Source of the DNA: Octopus sinensis
Taxonomy: Eukaryota
NCBI RefSeq assembly: GCF_006345805.1
Contig: NC_043006.1
Location: 64,976,001 to 65,040,000 of the forward strand
Reading direction: 5' to 3'
DNA: 64,000 bases
Shown here piece after piece: positions 51,628 to 64,000 of the stretch; within the stretch, counting starts at the first letter, position 1; the number at the start of each line of letters is the position of its first letter. Below the pieces are notes generated by a model. The model saw only the letters and a list, made by a program, of their open reading frames with translations. It did not search any database and was not told where the DNA came from. Both the position numbers and the translations under genes were made by a program.

Positions 51628-53646
51628 TATATACACACACACACACATATATACAGCAAACATAAACGTAGATAGTATTACTAAGAAGTAACTGTTTATA
51701 CCTGGACAAATCAAGAATCAATGCAAGCATTGGGCCCCACAAAGCGACAGGTGAGATTCATTCAATCTTTACAAATATGAATAGATGTTCAATCATTCAC
51801 TTACTGGAAACTTCTCTTGAGAGAGAGGGATGGGGAGGGAGAGAGATAGGATGAAAAAAAATGAACTAAAAGGTTCCATATCATTCACTACATTAATTAA
51901 TGGAACGAAATCAAGCCTGAACTTATTGGAGCATCTACCTCCAGATGTTTTAAACTTAACACCAACAGATTTGTTCTGACTAGTCTTGGGAGGCCCACAA
52001 AGGTTCTAGGCTCTGTTCCTCTTCAAGATAAAGTTACATCTTTTCATGTTAAGAGTCAATGGAATCACTGTACCACCATTACTGTTCAGTCCTCACATAA
52101 TCAAACAATGGACAAAACTGGCCTGGACAGAATATGAATTTAGACCAAACAAGACAAATTTAATACTAACCTATGTAATGTCTCATAAATAACACACAGT
52201 TATATTACACACCTCAATTTCAGTAATGTATTTCAGTATATTTTCAGGTAAAAATGTTTTTACTGTATTAAAGCTTATAGGAGGTTTAACTTAGTACATA
52301 AAATCTGGGGTGATTTTTTTAGAGATAATTTTTGGGTGTCTTATATGCCATCAAATATAGTATATACTAAGACATCTAGCTCAACACTTTAGCATATGAA
52401 ATAATTACCTGTGATGGTTCCACCTAAGGGGCACCTATGCCAATGCCACATTAGAAACAGTGATGTCATTGCCTTGTAAAAGCACTGGTGCTGGTGCCAT
52501 GTAAAAAGCCTGACCCCAGTACACTCTGTAAAGCGGTTGGCAACCGGAAGGACATCTAACCACAGAAACCATGCCAAAATAGATGACTGGAGCCTGGTGC
52601 AGCTCCATCCTATCCATGTCATCATGGAAAACAGATGTTAAATGATGTAATACCTGATGATAAAGAGAACTAGGATGAAGGAATGAAGACATTGTTGAGA
52701 ATATCAAAATCTCAAGCATGAGGTCACTAACATGTGTAATAAATGTGTATCTGCCGTAGTAGACATAGTGGTTGTTTAACAGCAAATCACTTCTGATCAA
52801 GAAGAGCCACAACCAATTCATTAAATGTGTGTCCTCTTAACAATGACAGCAAAGTATGAACTGAGAGATTTGGCTGTTATTTCTAGCAAGGCAAACAATA
52901 CTTTGTTGGGTCACTAGCTGGTGATAATGGGATTTTTGAAATAGTCTGCTGCAGACTGCACAAAGTTAGTTTGCTAAGGCAAGAATCGAGATTAGACTAT
53001 TTTGTAAAGCTCGGTGGAAAAGTGAGCCTCAAGTGGAGTCTCCTGTAGCCAGGTTCAATTCTTGGTTGAAATATACTTTACCTTCTGTTGGAATTCCAGT
53101 CCATTAACTTTCAGCATCATGCACAGAAGATGACCATGCCAGACAATCAATGTTGTCTAATGTAAAGTCACATTTAAATGCAAGGACCATTTGTTGATTC
53201 AAGATCCAAGTTGATAATGCCTGTCTGTTTTCAGCTGAAAGCCTCACTGTTTATACTACCCAATGAGAAACTCAGGCACAACTGGATTATGGTCTTATGA
53301 TGGACTCTGGCATGACTGTATCACAGAAGAGTTCACCTCTTAGACAACTAAGCACATGATCAAAGGCACTGCCATCTGAGCAAGAGATGTTGAAGAGAAT
53401 TAATCTGATAACATCAACAAACTTCAGGGTTCAACACAAAATGTAAAGCCTAATCATAGACCAAACACTTCTACCTTAAATAAATCCACTGCACTTATAA
53501 GTTATGTCTCACAAGTTAGCATGAATGAGCACTTAAGAGAGATATATTTTTGTGGTTACAAGATCCCCTGACTTGAAAGATAATGATAGAATACAGTATT
53601 TACATAGAAAATACAGGCATCTAGCTCATCTTTGTCCAGGCTTGTG

Positions 53647-54112
53647 GTAGTGAAAGCAGCAGTCTAATACCATTTTGCTATGAAGAATTCAATTAACATG
53701 TGACCAACATTTGGCAAAATCAGTGTGATTATTGTCAGGGCTGAGAACCCACACATCAAATTTCCAATCAGAAAAGGGTTCTGGGAAAACATTGGAGCTA
53801 CTAATAGTGAACCATCATTTGCTTCATGACTTTTGCAGCAGCTTTTGAGTATGTTGATCATAGTGTGCCATAGGATATCCTGATTGCAATGGACTCTGGA
53901 ATATCATGTCTACAGATTATTTACAAAGTGGCTGAATCTAATTAGAGCCAATTATAGTCTATATGTTCTAGGTATGACTGTAAATTACAGTGGTGAAAGC
54001 AGCAGTCTGATACCCATTTTGCTATGAGGAATTCAATAAATATGTGACCAACACTTGGCAAAATCAGTGCGATTATTGTCAGGGCTGAGGACATCAATTT
54101 TCCTATCAGAAA
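53647..54112 (+). repeat. Direct duplication of about 125 bp
   Basis: 53647-53773 and 53990-54112 are closely similar (GTGAAAGCAGCAGTCT...GTCAGGGCTGAG). Confidence 0.9.
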
Positions 54113-54521
54113 CTAGTATCAGGGTCTGGTTCGAGAGTTCCAAAAATTTTGAGGAGTGTGGAACCACATCATACCCGGGTCCTATCTATGGGTTGATTAG
54201 CGTGTCATGGAATTGGCTCCAGAAGAAGGTCACTCACAGACACCCCAATGAACCCAAGGCAGATGAGGTTCTCGAGCGTTTAGCTGCTCATCTCAGAACA
54301 GGTAACTCCATACAAATCTTGCATCCTGATAATTACTGGAATCACAGCACCAGACAAGACAGCAGTACTGACTGCATCAACCAAGTGGGGTAATTTATTG
54401 AGCTTTAAAAATAGCTAAACAAATAAATTCTTACAAAAATCTGGAGGGAGGAACCCTAAGACAGATTTTTACGGTTATACCTAACCAATTATTGACATTA
54501 AACTATGCGGATGTTTAATAC

Positions 54522-54639
54522 CTCAGCGGATGGGTATCACATTTTGGTAGAAAATCAATGCAGCCAAATCGAAGATTGTATCCACTGGTATCTTGCTTTC
54601 TGCCCAAACACTTGAAATCCATGTAATGATAACAATGAT
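54522..54639 (-). CDS. Candidate 118-nt exon
   Basis: TTTTGTGTGTATTACAG acceptor and GAG|GTATTA donor; phase-1 frame is open (HCYHYMDFKCLGRKQDTSGYNLRFGCIDFLPKCDTHPL). No homology recognised. Confidence 0.2.
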
Positions 54640-56829
54640 CTGTAATACACACAAAACCACAGATTCTAGAAGTGCACAGCTCATGTAATTTATTCCAGTC
54701 ATTTGACTGTGGCCATGCTGGAGCAGCACCTTTAGTTGAACAAACCAACCCCAGGACTTATTCTTGTAAGTCTAGTGCTTATTCTACCAGTCCCTTTTGC
54801 CAAACCGCGAAGTTACGAGGATGTAAACACATATATATCACCATTATCATCACAGTTTAATGTCTGTTTTTCATGCTGGCATGGGTTGGATGATTCGACT
54901 TGGGTGTGGAAAGCCAGGAAGCTGCACCAGGCCCCAATCTGATCTGTCAGTGTTTCTACAGCTGGATGCCCTTCCTAATGCCAACCACTCTGAGAGTGTA
55001 GTGGGTGAATTTTACGTGCCACTGGCACGGAAGCCAGTCAAAGCAGCTCTGGCATCAGCCACGTTCAGATGATACTTTTTATGTGCTACCAGCATGGAGC
55101 TCACAACTACAATTTCCGTTTAATTTGATTTTGATATTGCTGTTGATGTACTTGATCCAATATGTCTCCTCAAGCACAGCATATCGCCCTATGATCCAGG
55201 GTACTTTTGAGTGGGCTGTTTATGCGACACTGGTGAAGGTTACAGATGGGGACTCACTTTATTTGCCGGGTCTTCTCAGTCACAGCATACCTCCAGAGAT
55301 CTGTCTTTTGGCATTGTCTCTGTGAAGCCCAATGTTCAAAGGTTATACTTCACCACCTCACCCGATATACGATGGGCTTCTTTCAGTTTCTGTCTACCAA
55401 ACCCACTCACAAGGCTTTGGTCAGCCTGAGGCTATAGCAGAAGACACTTGCCCGAGGTGCTACGGAGTGGGACTGAACCTGGAACCATGTGGTTAGTAAG
55501 CAAGCTACTTACCACACACCCACTCCTGCACCTATATATAGAAGGTACCAGTATGGCTCAGCTGAGTTTTTAAGAAGTTTACCTCCTAACTATTTGGTCT
55601 TGAGTCTAGTTCTACTGCATGCCACCTGGTGCAAGTTTTTTCTACCAAAGCACTTGGCAAACCAAAGCTTTGAGTGGATATGGTAGGTGAAATCTGAAAG
55701 AAGCCTATAGCGCAGATACATCACCATGATCATCATCAACATCATTTAATGTTTGTTATCCACATTGACATGGGTTGGATGTATTGACAAGAGCTAGCAA
55801 GCCAGAGGACTGTGCCAAGCTCTGTTGTCAGTTTTGGCAGGGTTTCTACAGCTAGATGCTCTTCCTAACACCAACTTATGTGTGCATCCATGTCTTGACA
55901 TGAGGCTATGGGGAAACATCTTGCTTAGAAACAGGCGAGGGTTGTTGACAGGAAGAGCATCCAGCCACAAGAAATTTAACTTTACAAATTCCATCTGACT
56001 CCTACAAGCATGTAGAATTGGATGTGATGATGATGATATATACTGACCTCAGAAAGTTGTGGGATGTATCTAACACCACAAGGCATTTAATCCACTTGTG
56101 ATACAGATTCTGTCATGAGATCTATCATGAGCTCTAGGCCTCAAAAAGCCAGAACTCAACCCAGTTTCCATGATGCACAAGTGACACCTTTCTGAATGAC
56201 CAAATGTGAAGCCAGTCTACTGCAGGGCCAATTTCTCAGCTATTGCTGGAACTTGTTTATGGTTGAGTGAACTGGAGCCATGTCACATGAAATGTTTTTC
56301 TCAAGAACACACACAACACATCACCCAGTCAAGGAATCGCAACCATGATCTTATGATTGCGACCACCTGACTATATGTTCTTCCCTTCTGGCACAGGCAC
56401 AAAACCAAAAAGTATGGAGTAAGAGTAGAGGATATAAGAAGTAGCAATATCCCCAGTCTATCACTGGTACATGCCTTGGAAGTGGAACTGGCAGATGAGA
56501 ATGGTATGAAAGCCCATTATATATCAACATTCCACATCTTCACATTTACATTCCTTATAAACAAAGACCAGCAGAATTTTTTTTTTTTAAAAAAAGCCCT
56601 CATTTGAAAAACAAGTAACAGTTAGGAAGAGCACCTGACTATAAAATAAAAATAATGTCTCCAAATAAGTCTCCACCTAACACATGTCAAAATGAAAAAA
56701 CAGATGTAAATCAAATGAACAAATATGAACAAAGAGCAGACCAGATCATTAGAGACATAACTAAATACCATAAGGCATTCTGCTTGTGGCTTTACAAATT
56801 CATCCACCCATTAATAAATAATAATAACA

Positions 56830-57745
56830 ATAATTTCAAATTATTGGCACAAGGGCCAGTGATTTTGAGGGAGGGGGTAAATTGATTACATCAATCCCAG
56901 TGCCCAACAGGTACTTATTTTTAATCAAACCCAAAAGAATGTAGGGCAAAGTTGACCATGGCAGAATTTGAACTCAGAAAGGAAAGGCAGAAGAAATGCC
57001 ACAAAACATTTTGTTCTAACGATTCTTCCAGCTCACTGCTATAATAATAATAATCTTTTCTAATTTAGGCACAAAGCCCGAAATTTTTGGGAAGGGAGCC
57101 AGTCAATTAGATCAACCCCAGTACACAACTGGTACTTAATTTATCAACCCCAAAAAAGATGAAAAGCAAAGTTGAACTTGGCAGAATTTGAACTCAGAAT
57201 GTAAAGACAGACAAAATACCGCTAAGCATTTTGTCCAGCGTGCTAACATTTCTACCAACTCACCGCCTTAATAATAGTAATAATATTATGGCAAACTGGA
57301 AATTAACATGACAAATTACATGAAAATATAATGCGCATTATGATTAAATAAAACAAAGGCATGCTACATTTGAAATAAGGCTTTGAGTTACCTACTATCA
57401 GTTGATAGTAGACACCATAGTAAAGGGAATATTTTCACTTTCATTTAAATGTGCTTAAAAGGCAAAGGTATATAAGTAAATGCACCAGCAGATTAGAGAA
57501 ATTCTGACTAGTAACAGTTAATATCTGTTTCGATTCTAGCACAAGGACAACAATTTTGAGGGGAGGAGGAGGTTGATTACATTGATGCCAATGCACAACT
57601 GGTATTTATTTTTAGCGACCCTGAAAGGACAGAGATGCAAAGTCAACCTCAGCTGCATCTGAACTCAAAATGTAAAGAGCCAGAAAAAATGCTGCTAAGT
57701 ACTTTGTCTGGCACAGAAAATATTCTGCAAAGCTCACTGCCTTAA
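56830..57745 (-). mobile_element. Three family A SINEs on the minus strand
   Basis: Copies at about 56830-57040, 57055-57270 and 57535-57745. Confidence 0.85.
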
Positions 57746-58111
57746 CTAGTAACCATTAAAAAATTTTTTAAAAATGAATTCTAAAAATTACATGAATTCT
57801 TTTATTCTTTTGCTTGTTTCAGTCATTTGACTGTGGCCATGCACTGTCTTTAGTCGAACAAATCGACCCCAGGACTTATTCTTTGTGAGACTAGTACTTA
57901 TTCTATCAGTCGCTTTTGCCAAGCTGCTAAGTTAAGGGAATGTAAACACACCAACATCAGTCCACAAGAGGGGATGAAAATTGATTTGTGGTGCGATAAG
58001 TTAATAATTGACGTCACTAACATTCATGAAGAAAAGAAACGCTTGAAAATTCAAATATATCATAGAATAATTTTATCGCCAACAAAAAACATCTCGCCAA
58101 GGACAGTTCCT

Positions 58112-58158
58112 TTTTAACCCTGAAGAAGGGACTTGTATGTCCCGAAATATTGGACAAA
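58112..58158 (+). ncRNA. Minimal type I hammerhead ribozyme motif with canonical core
   Basis: CC-CTGAAGA-A-GGGAC(TTGTAT)GTCCC-GAA-ATAT-T-GG: core 58120-58126, perfect 5-bp stem II, palindromic stem III. Confidence 0.75.
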
Positions 58159-59213
58159 TATACGACCAAAGATTACCAGGTAATTTACTTTTAGTTTATG
58201 TTACCTCATCTTAAAATCTATTTGCATTGTTTGGCTTTTAAATCTTTCAATGTTATATTCCATATACAATGCTTCAAGCAAACTATAAAACCTTAATATA
58301 TATATATAAAAGTGTAACCTGTGTGGCAATAAGTTTGCTTTCCAACAACACGGGCCCAGGTTCAGTCCTGCTGTGTGGCACCTTGGGCAAGTGTCAACCT
58401 TGGGCTGAACGAAGCCTTCTGAGTGGATTTGGGAGGCAGAAACTGAAGGAAGCCCACTGTGTGTGTATATACACATACATGTCTACGCATGTGTGTGTCT
58501 TTGCTTGTTCCTCATCACTGCTTGACAACTGGTGTTGGTGTGTTTACGTCCCCATAATTTAGCGGTTCGGTAAAAGACAGAGGTTGATTCAGTCGACTAA
58601 ACTGTGTCAAGGTGATGCCCCAGCATGGCCACTGCCCAATGACTGAAACAAGTAAAAAAATAGAAGATATCTATCTCTCTATATATATGAATAAATAAAA
58701 ATATGTAAAAGTTGCTGATATTTTACCAAAACATTTCTAAAGCCTCTTAATTATCTAAAACTTAGGTGTAATAAATCAGTGACCAGGTTGTGTAAAATAG
58801 AGGGTCAGAAATGGGCTTAAGTAGCAGCAAATTTTGACATGGAAGCAAAAAATTAAAGAGCACAGCATTAAATATGACAAAGGAAATGTTACTTCTGCAG
58901 TTATTGCAACACATGGTTATGGAACTCAAAGAGAAAGAAAGGAAAAAATAAAGAGAGAGATTGCAGCAAAGATATAAAAAAGAATGTAGGAGGCAAGAGT
59001 TCAGAAGAAATTGATGGAAGCTGTTCTCTGCTGGTAGAAAAAGTTAACAAAAAAAAAAAAAAATCAACAATTACCTTTCGATTAGAATTAGATACGAGAT
59101 AAAAGGGTGAATTTTGGTGTGAAACTAGTTGAGTACGTTGTCGGTTGTGATTGTAGAGGATAAATAAATGCCAAATGATGAAGAGATGAATTAACAAGTA
59201 AAGAGAAACATAC

Positions 59214-59364
59214 CTGGGGTACGGTCGCAAATTACACACCTGAGTAGGATAGCAAGTGTATTGATGAAAGAGAGAATTGGCTAGGGGTTAGTTGTCATAG
59301 TTACGGAAGACTGATGGGAAACATAATCACTCCAGAAGCGGAACCAAACAGGTTTCACTCCGTC
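59214..59364 (-). other. Candidate non-coding/UTR exon (151 nt)
   Basis: TTTTTGTTTTCATAAG acceptor and CAG|GTATGT donor; stops in all three frames; two short ATG-ORFs; several CpGs. Confidence 0.35.
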
Positions 59365-60977
59365 CTTATGAAAACAAAAACTTAATCAAATATCCACAGG
59401 GCTTTTTGTAATTTCAAATTTTGATATATTTTTTAAAATATTTATTAAGAAAAAAATTCTTTTTTTTTTAAACAAGAATTGAATAGATTTGCCTTCTATA
59501 AAGATATATACACATACATTATATATATATATACCAGTCTTTGCAGAGAATACATTTTTTTTTTTCATTTTCTTCTTTCTGTCTTTTGCTAGAGATACTC
59601 AGTTTGTATGAATACATCAACCCCACAAACACACACACCTACACCACAGAACTCAAAATTCCAATAAGAGAGAAATCATGTCTTGCTTACATTCCTTGTC
59701 TTTCTTTTGAGACACAACAACTGGTGTCTTTTGGAGGTTAAATCTTTTGAATGAATTATTTTAGCAAAATATGAAAAAGAAAACTGCTAAAACTAAAAAG
59801 TTTAATTTTTAGATGGCTGTGTGTGTGTGTCTGTGGAGATGGTAAAAATATACAGAAAAAAAGGGACAAAAAATTAAAAACAAACAAAACAGGTTAATTG
59901 ATCAATAATAATAATAATGGTTTAAAAAAAATCTGCTGAGTAAAATATAAAAATTAACATCAACTAAATGTTGCTACACACAGTGAACAAACATACCAAC
60001 CTGTTTTAGTACTTATCCCAAGATGTGAGTAGGATAACCCACAGAGGCAAATTTGGATTGAGGAAACCACACACTAGGTAAGTAATCCAAAAAATAAACA
60101 TGGCTGCAGCAAATGATTTTCTTTCTGATTATTTTTAAATTTCTTTTTTTTTTTCCTTTCATGTATTTGGTAGATATCCATCCCCCAGCTGTTTGCTACA
60201 CTCCACTTAAAACAAACTAAAAAAAAAATAAAGGAACAAATGACTCTCAGAATGATAGTCGATGCATCACCATCATCATTCTTGTCATCATTACTACTGC
60301 CACCATTTCTTTCCTCTTTTTCTTCATTTTGGTTGTTGTAGTTTAAATTATGGTTGGGATATTGTTGCTGTGATTGATTAAATCTGCGTATGCACAAAAT
60401 ATATATGTATACATATGTATTTATATACACACATTGTTCTGGACTATGTATGCTAGTGTTTGAAGATAGATGCATGAGACAGCAAATGCACAGCACCATA
60501 TTTATATGCATGCATGTACATTTACTAGAATGTGTGCATGTGTATATTTTGTATTTGTGTATACAGAAATACATTTATACTTCAATATTTCACATAACCA
60601 GTCACTCTGGGAGGTCACGTTTTCTTTTTTTTTTCTTTTGCTCATTTTGGTAAGCTGTGATCTCTTAATTGGTTCCAAGAATTTTATCAGAAAAGAAACA
60701 TTTCTTCACATTTTGTTCCATTTCTTCATATACCTTGCATTTTTTTTTTGTATTTTTATAATTTTCCTTTTCTCATTCTCCATGGTCTCACTCGACCTCC
60801 ATCTGCCTCTCTCTCTCTCTATTTCTAACTGACTGTTCCAGAACTTTCCATTATACAGACCAAGTTGAAGATGAATAACAAACAGGTCACTAGACTAAAC
60901 ATGTCTCCAAGATGGACCATTCTTAATCATGTGTGTCTCGTTCATTTGCTCAGAAATGTAGATGTTGGCACGATGGA

Positions 60978-61009
<32 letters not shown>

Positions 61010-63657
61010 GAGAAGAGGGAGCAAGAAACTCCAGAGATTATCCACAACCAGATTTTGGTATTGATGTTGTTGTTGTCGTTTCAGTTTCCCTTGGATTAAC
61101 AGACTGTCTGTCAACTAATTCAAGGCGGCCAAAGACATTGGTAAATGAAAGGTCAACAAAGACACCCAAATAAATAATTATTGTCCACTTTCAACTCAGT
61201 AGTCAGTGGTCAAAAGTTGCTTCTCAAAAGAAATATTAAGCATATTCCAAGAGTTCTTCATATATATACATATATATATGTAATGGGTTTTCTTTGTGTC
61301 TTTTACATTAATGACCGTTTTTGCATGTGTATTCATTTCATTGTCCTTCTGTTTTAGTGTTTACTGGTAGTAATCCTTCTAGTTGCTTGGCCAGGTACAC
61401 ATAACATAATACAACTGTAAATCTCGATGGCAGTAAGGGGATAGGGGGCAGAAAAGGGGGTAAAAATGGAACAGAATTGCCAGAGATTTATTTTAGAAAT
61501 GAAGCTATTTTTCCATATTTCAATTTCTTTCTTCAGATTTTTTTTTTTCTTCGTTTAAACCAAAACAGGAATTTTTACAATGGAACATACAGATTTCATA
61601 AAATAAATACAAGAGAAATTCTACAGATCATAATAATAATAATCATAGGTTTCAAAATAAGAGCTTTTTGCCCATCATAGGCAACACATACATAATAATA
61701 AGAATTACAATTTTTATAAAATTTTATAACATGGTTGTGTGATTCTGGGAAATCAATCAAGGATGATGGATTGTCACATTTGTTGGATTTTTGAAGATAT
61801 GAAAGGCTTTTATAAAAAGCACTGGAAAGGACTGAAAGAGGAGAAAGGAGCACAAAAAAAAAAAAAGGAACACATTTGCAACTAGCCCCCTCCCTACCTT
61901 TTCAACTTACAAACCCTGCCAGGAAGTAACCGAAATATTGAAAATCTCAAATGTTTGTTGTGTGACTGATAACTTCATAAACCCTGACACAACAAATGTT
62001 GGGGAATTTGAAAATCAATACTGACAGAGAGAGAGAGAGAGATAAAATCAATTGAAGGGATATCATTAACATATCTGTGATAGATTCGAACTAAGATCAG
62101 AGTTGTAAATAAACTGAAATCTAGTTCCATTCTAACCACACTTTAGCTATCTACTAATATTGTTACGTCAGCATTAAAATACAAAATCTTACAAAAGGGT
62201 TGGGGGGGGGGAGAAAAAATAAAAAGTCACCATGTCTGAGAGGAATTCATATTGGCTTCAAATTTTGGCACAAGGTAACCAATTTTGAGGGGGGGGGCGT
62301 CAATTACATCAACCCCAGTATTAAACTGGTACTTAATTTATCAACACTGAAAAGATGAAAGGCAAAGTCAACCTCAGTGAAAGCTGAATGTAAAGACAAG
62401 ACAAAATGCTGCCAAGCATTTCACCCATGATGCTAATAGTTCTGCCAGTTCGTCACCTTAAGAAGAATCTCATTTTAATAGCTTTAATAAAGTAGTTTTA
62501 ACTGAGAATCAAAAACAACATTACTTATTCCTACTCTTAGATAGCCATTCCCATAATCATCAGCCTACAGAACTTCAAATTGTTATTTTAACAATTACAA
62601 CTAGTAGATACCATCTGTTCAGTAGAAGTAAACACCTCTTGGCTGAGATAATAAGCTCAGCTTGCTAGGAGATGACTTCTTGTGGGGTAGTCAATACCCA
62701 CAGAGGCCTAATGTCTTATTCTCAAAATTTGGGGAAAACATCAATTAATACAACAAGTATGAAGAGCACCGAAGATATTTCCCACACTGACCTGAGATAC
62801 AAATCTTGCCATATTCATCATGAAGTTTCTAAACTCATGGATATTGTAAAAGGACAATATATAAATATCAGTGTATGTACACACACACAGATGCATACAT
62901 ACATATGTGTTTATGTATATGCATGTGTGTGTGTGTTTATATATATATATATATGCACATACACAGTCTAAACAGTGGTAGTTTAGAGGTTTACCAATAA
63001 GAAAGTCTAGTTAAATACTATTTTGAAGATATAAATACATAAACAAAGCTGTTCAAGAAAAAAAAAGTTAATTTAATTTTAATAATATATCCTAATATAT
63101 TGGGATGCTGACAAATTGTATAAAAGAGTTCCTCAATATTAAGAGAATCTCAAACAGTTTTAGAAAGGAAGAAAAAAAAACATAGTGATGAATGACAGCT
63201 AGAGGATCAACATGTATGTCCCTACCTAAATCAGAATCACATTTAGAAACTATATATATATATATATATATATAAAGACATATAACAGATTCCAGAAAAT
63301 TTATCTGCAATGATGGCATGATAAAATTTACATATATATGATGGGAACATAAATATTGCATACATACTCAAAGTAAATTTCCAAGAATACATTTAGAAGC
63401 AATTATGGTATATTTACATATGTTGACAATATGCAAACCAGGTAAATAAGCTCATTGCAAAATAATAATAATAATGGCTTCTAATTTAGGTACAAGGCCA
63501 GCAATTTTGAGTTGATACTGTCAACCTCAGTACTTAACTTGTACATTATTTTATCAACCCTGGAAGGACGAAAGGCAAAGTTGACCTCAGAACATAGAGC
63601 CAGAAGAAATACCACAAGGAATTCTGTCATTTTGATGACTCTACTAATCCATTGCCC

Positions 63658-63674
63658 TTAATAATAATAATAAT

Positions 63675-63717
<43 letters not shown>
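63658..63717. repeat. (TAA)n microsatellite
   Basis: Direct reading. Confidence 0.95.
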
Positions 63718-63720
<3 letters not shown>

Positions 63721-64000
63721 TTACATCTTTAACCATACAACTGACCATACCAAAAAATAGAAAAATACATCTAAATAAAAATGTTTTTTGCTAAAACACA
63801 GATACACACACACATAAACAAAAAAAAACCCTCAACTGAAATTGTAAATGGAATATTCTGGAAGGCACTTACTTTCACATTGCTTTAGTAACAACAACAA
63901 AAAGCATATGATGAAATATAAAGTTTAAATATGGTAGTACATAGTGTTTACATTTATATATAGCAGAGAAGCAAAAGAAATTTTTCTTACAATATGAATT

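Noticed and set aside
12250-52665. Other CTGATGA/CTGAAGA occurrences (e.g. near 12251, 18943, 36102, 52655)
   Set aside because: No stem II or downstream GAAA in hammerhead register.
56640-56681. GGDLFGDI resembling a kinase motif
   Set aside because: The frame stops five codons later and the donor is weak.
60074-60574. 166-aa ORF
   Set aside because: Made of TA/CA repeats and ATG/AAC low-complexity sequence.
61030-61160. Minus-strand frame ending ...TTTTTSIPKSGCG-stop, reminiscent of a small-GTPase tail
   Set aside because: No GTPase motifs nearby and only a weak acceptor.
35-63361. The supplied six-frame ORFs as protein-coding genes
   Set aside because: All are 166 aa or shorter. Most are TA/CA/ATT microsatellite read-throughs or SINE fragments, and none gives a recognisable host protein.

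Overview
AT-rich, non-coding eukaryotic DNA dominated by repeats. The repeat families look like those I remember from octopus (coleoid cephalopod) genomes; that assignment is from recall and was not checked against a database. No protein-coding gene can be named. The supplied ORFs are microsatellite read-throughs, SINE fragments or short chance ORFs. Most of the window is tRNA-derived SINEs (often in same-orientation arrays joined by (ATT)n), MITEs (piggyBac, hAT, Tc1-type), decayed LINE pieces (RTE, CR1/L2-like, Dong/R4-like), an internally deleted DD37D transposase and microsatellites. Two transposon-poor islands (about 16.1-19.5 kb and 58.7-62.2 kb) and several minus-strand splice signals suggest the window is mostly intron/UTR of one or more minus-strand genes. 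The most notable result is minimal type I hammerhead ribozyme motifs, of the kind associated with Penelope-like elements, in four unrelated repeat families. One has an intact core (58.1 kb), one sits in a tRNA-headed SINE (46-48 kb), one is degenerate (9.2 kb), and an inverted pair at 11.1-11.3 kb carries a compensatory G3-C8 swap of the normally conserved C3-G8 pair. Several other fold-back hairpins are also present. All alignments and folds were done by eye; repeat boundaries are approximate.
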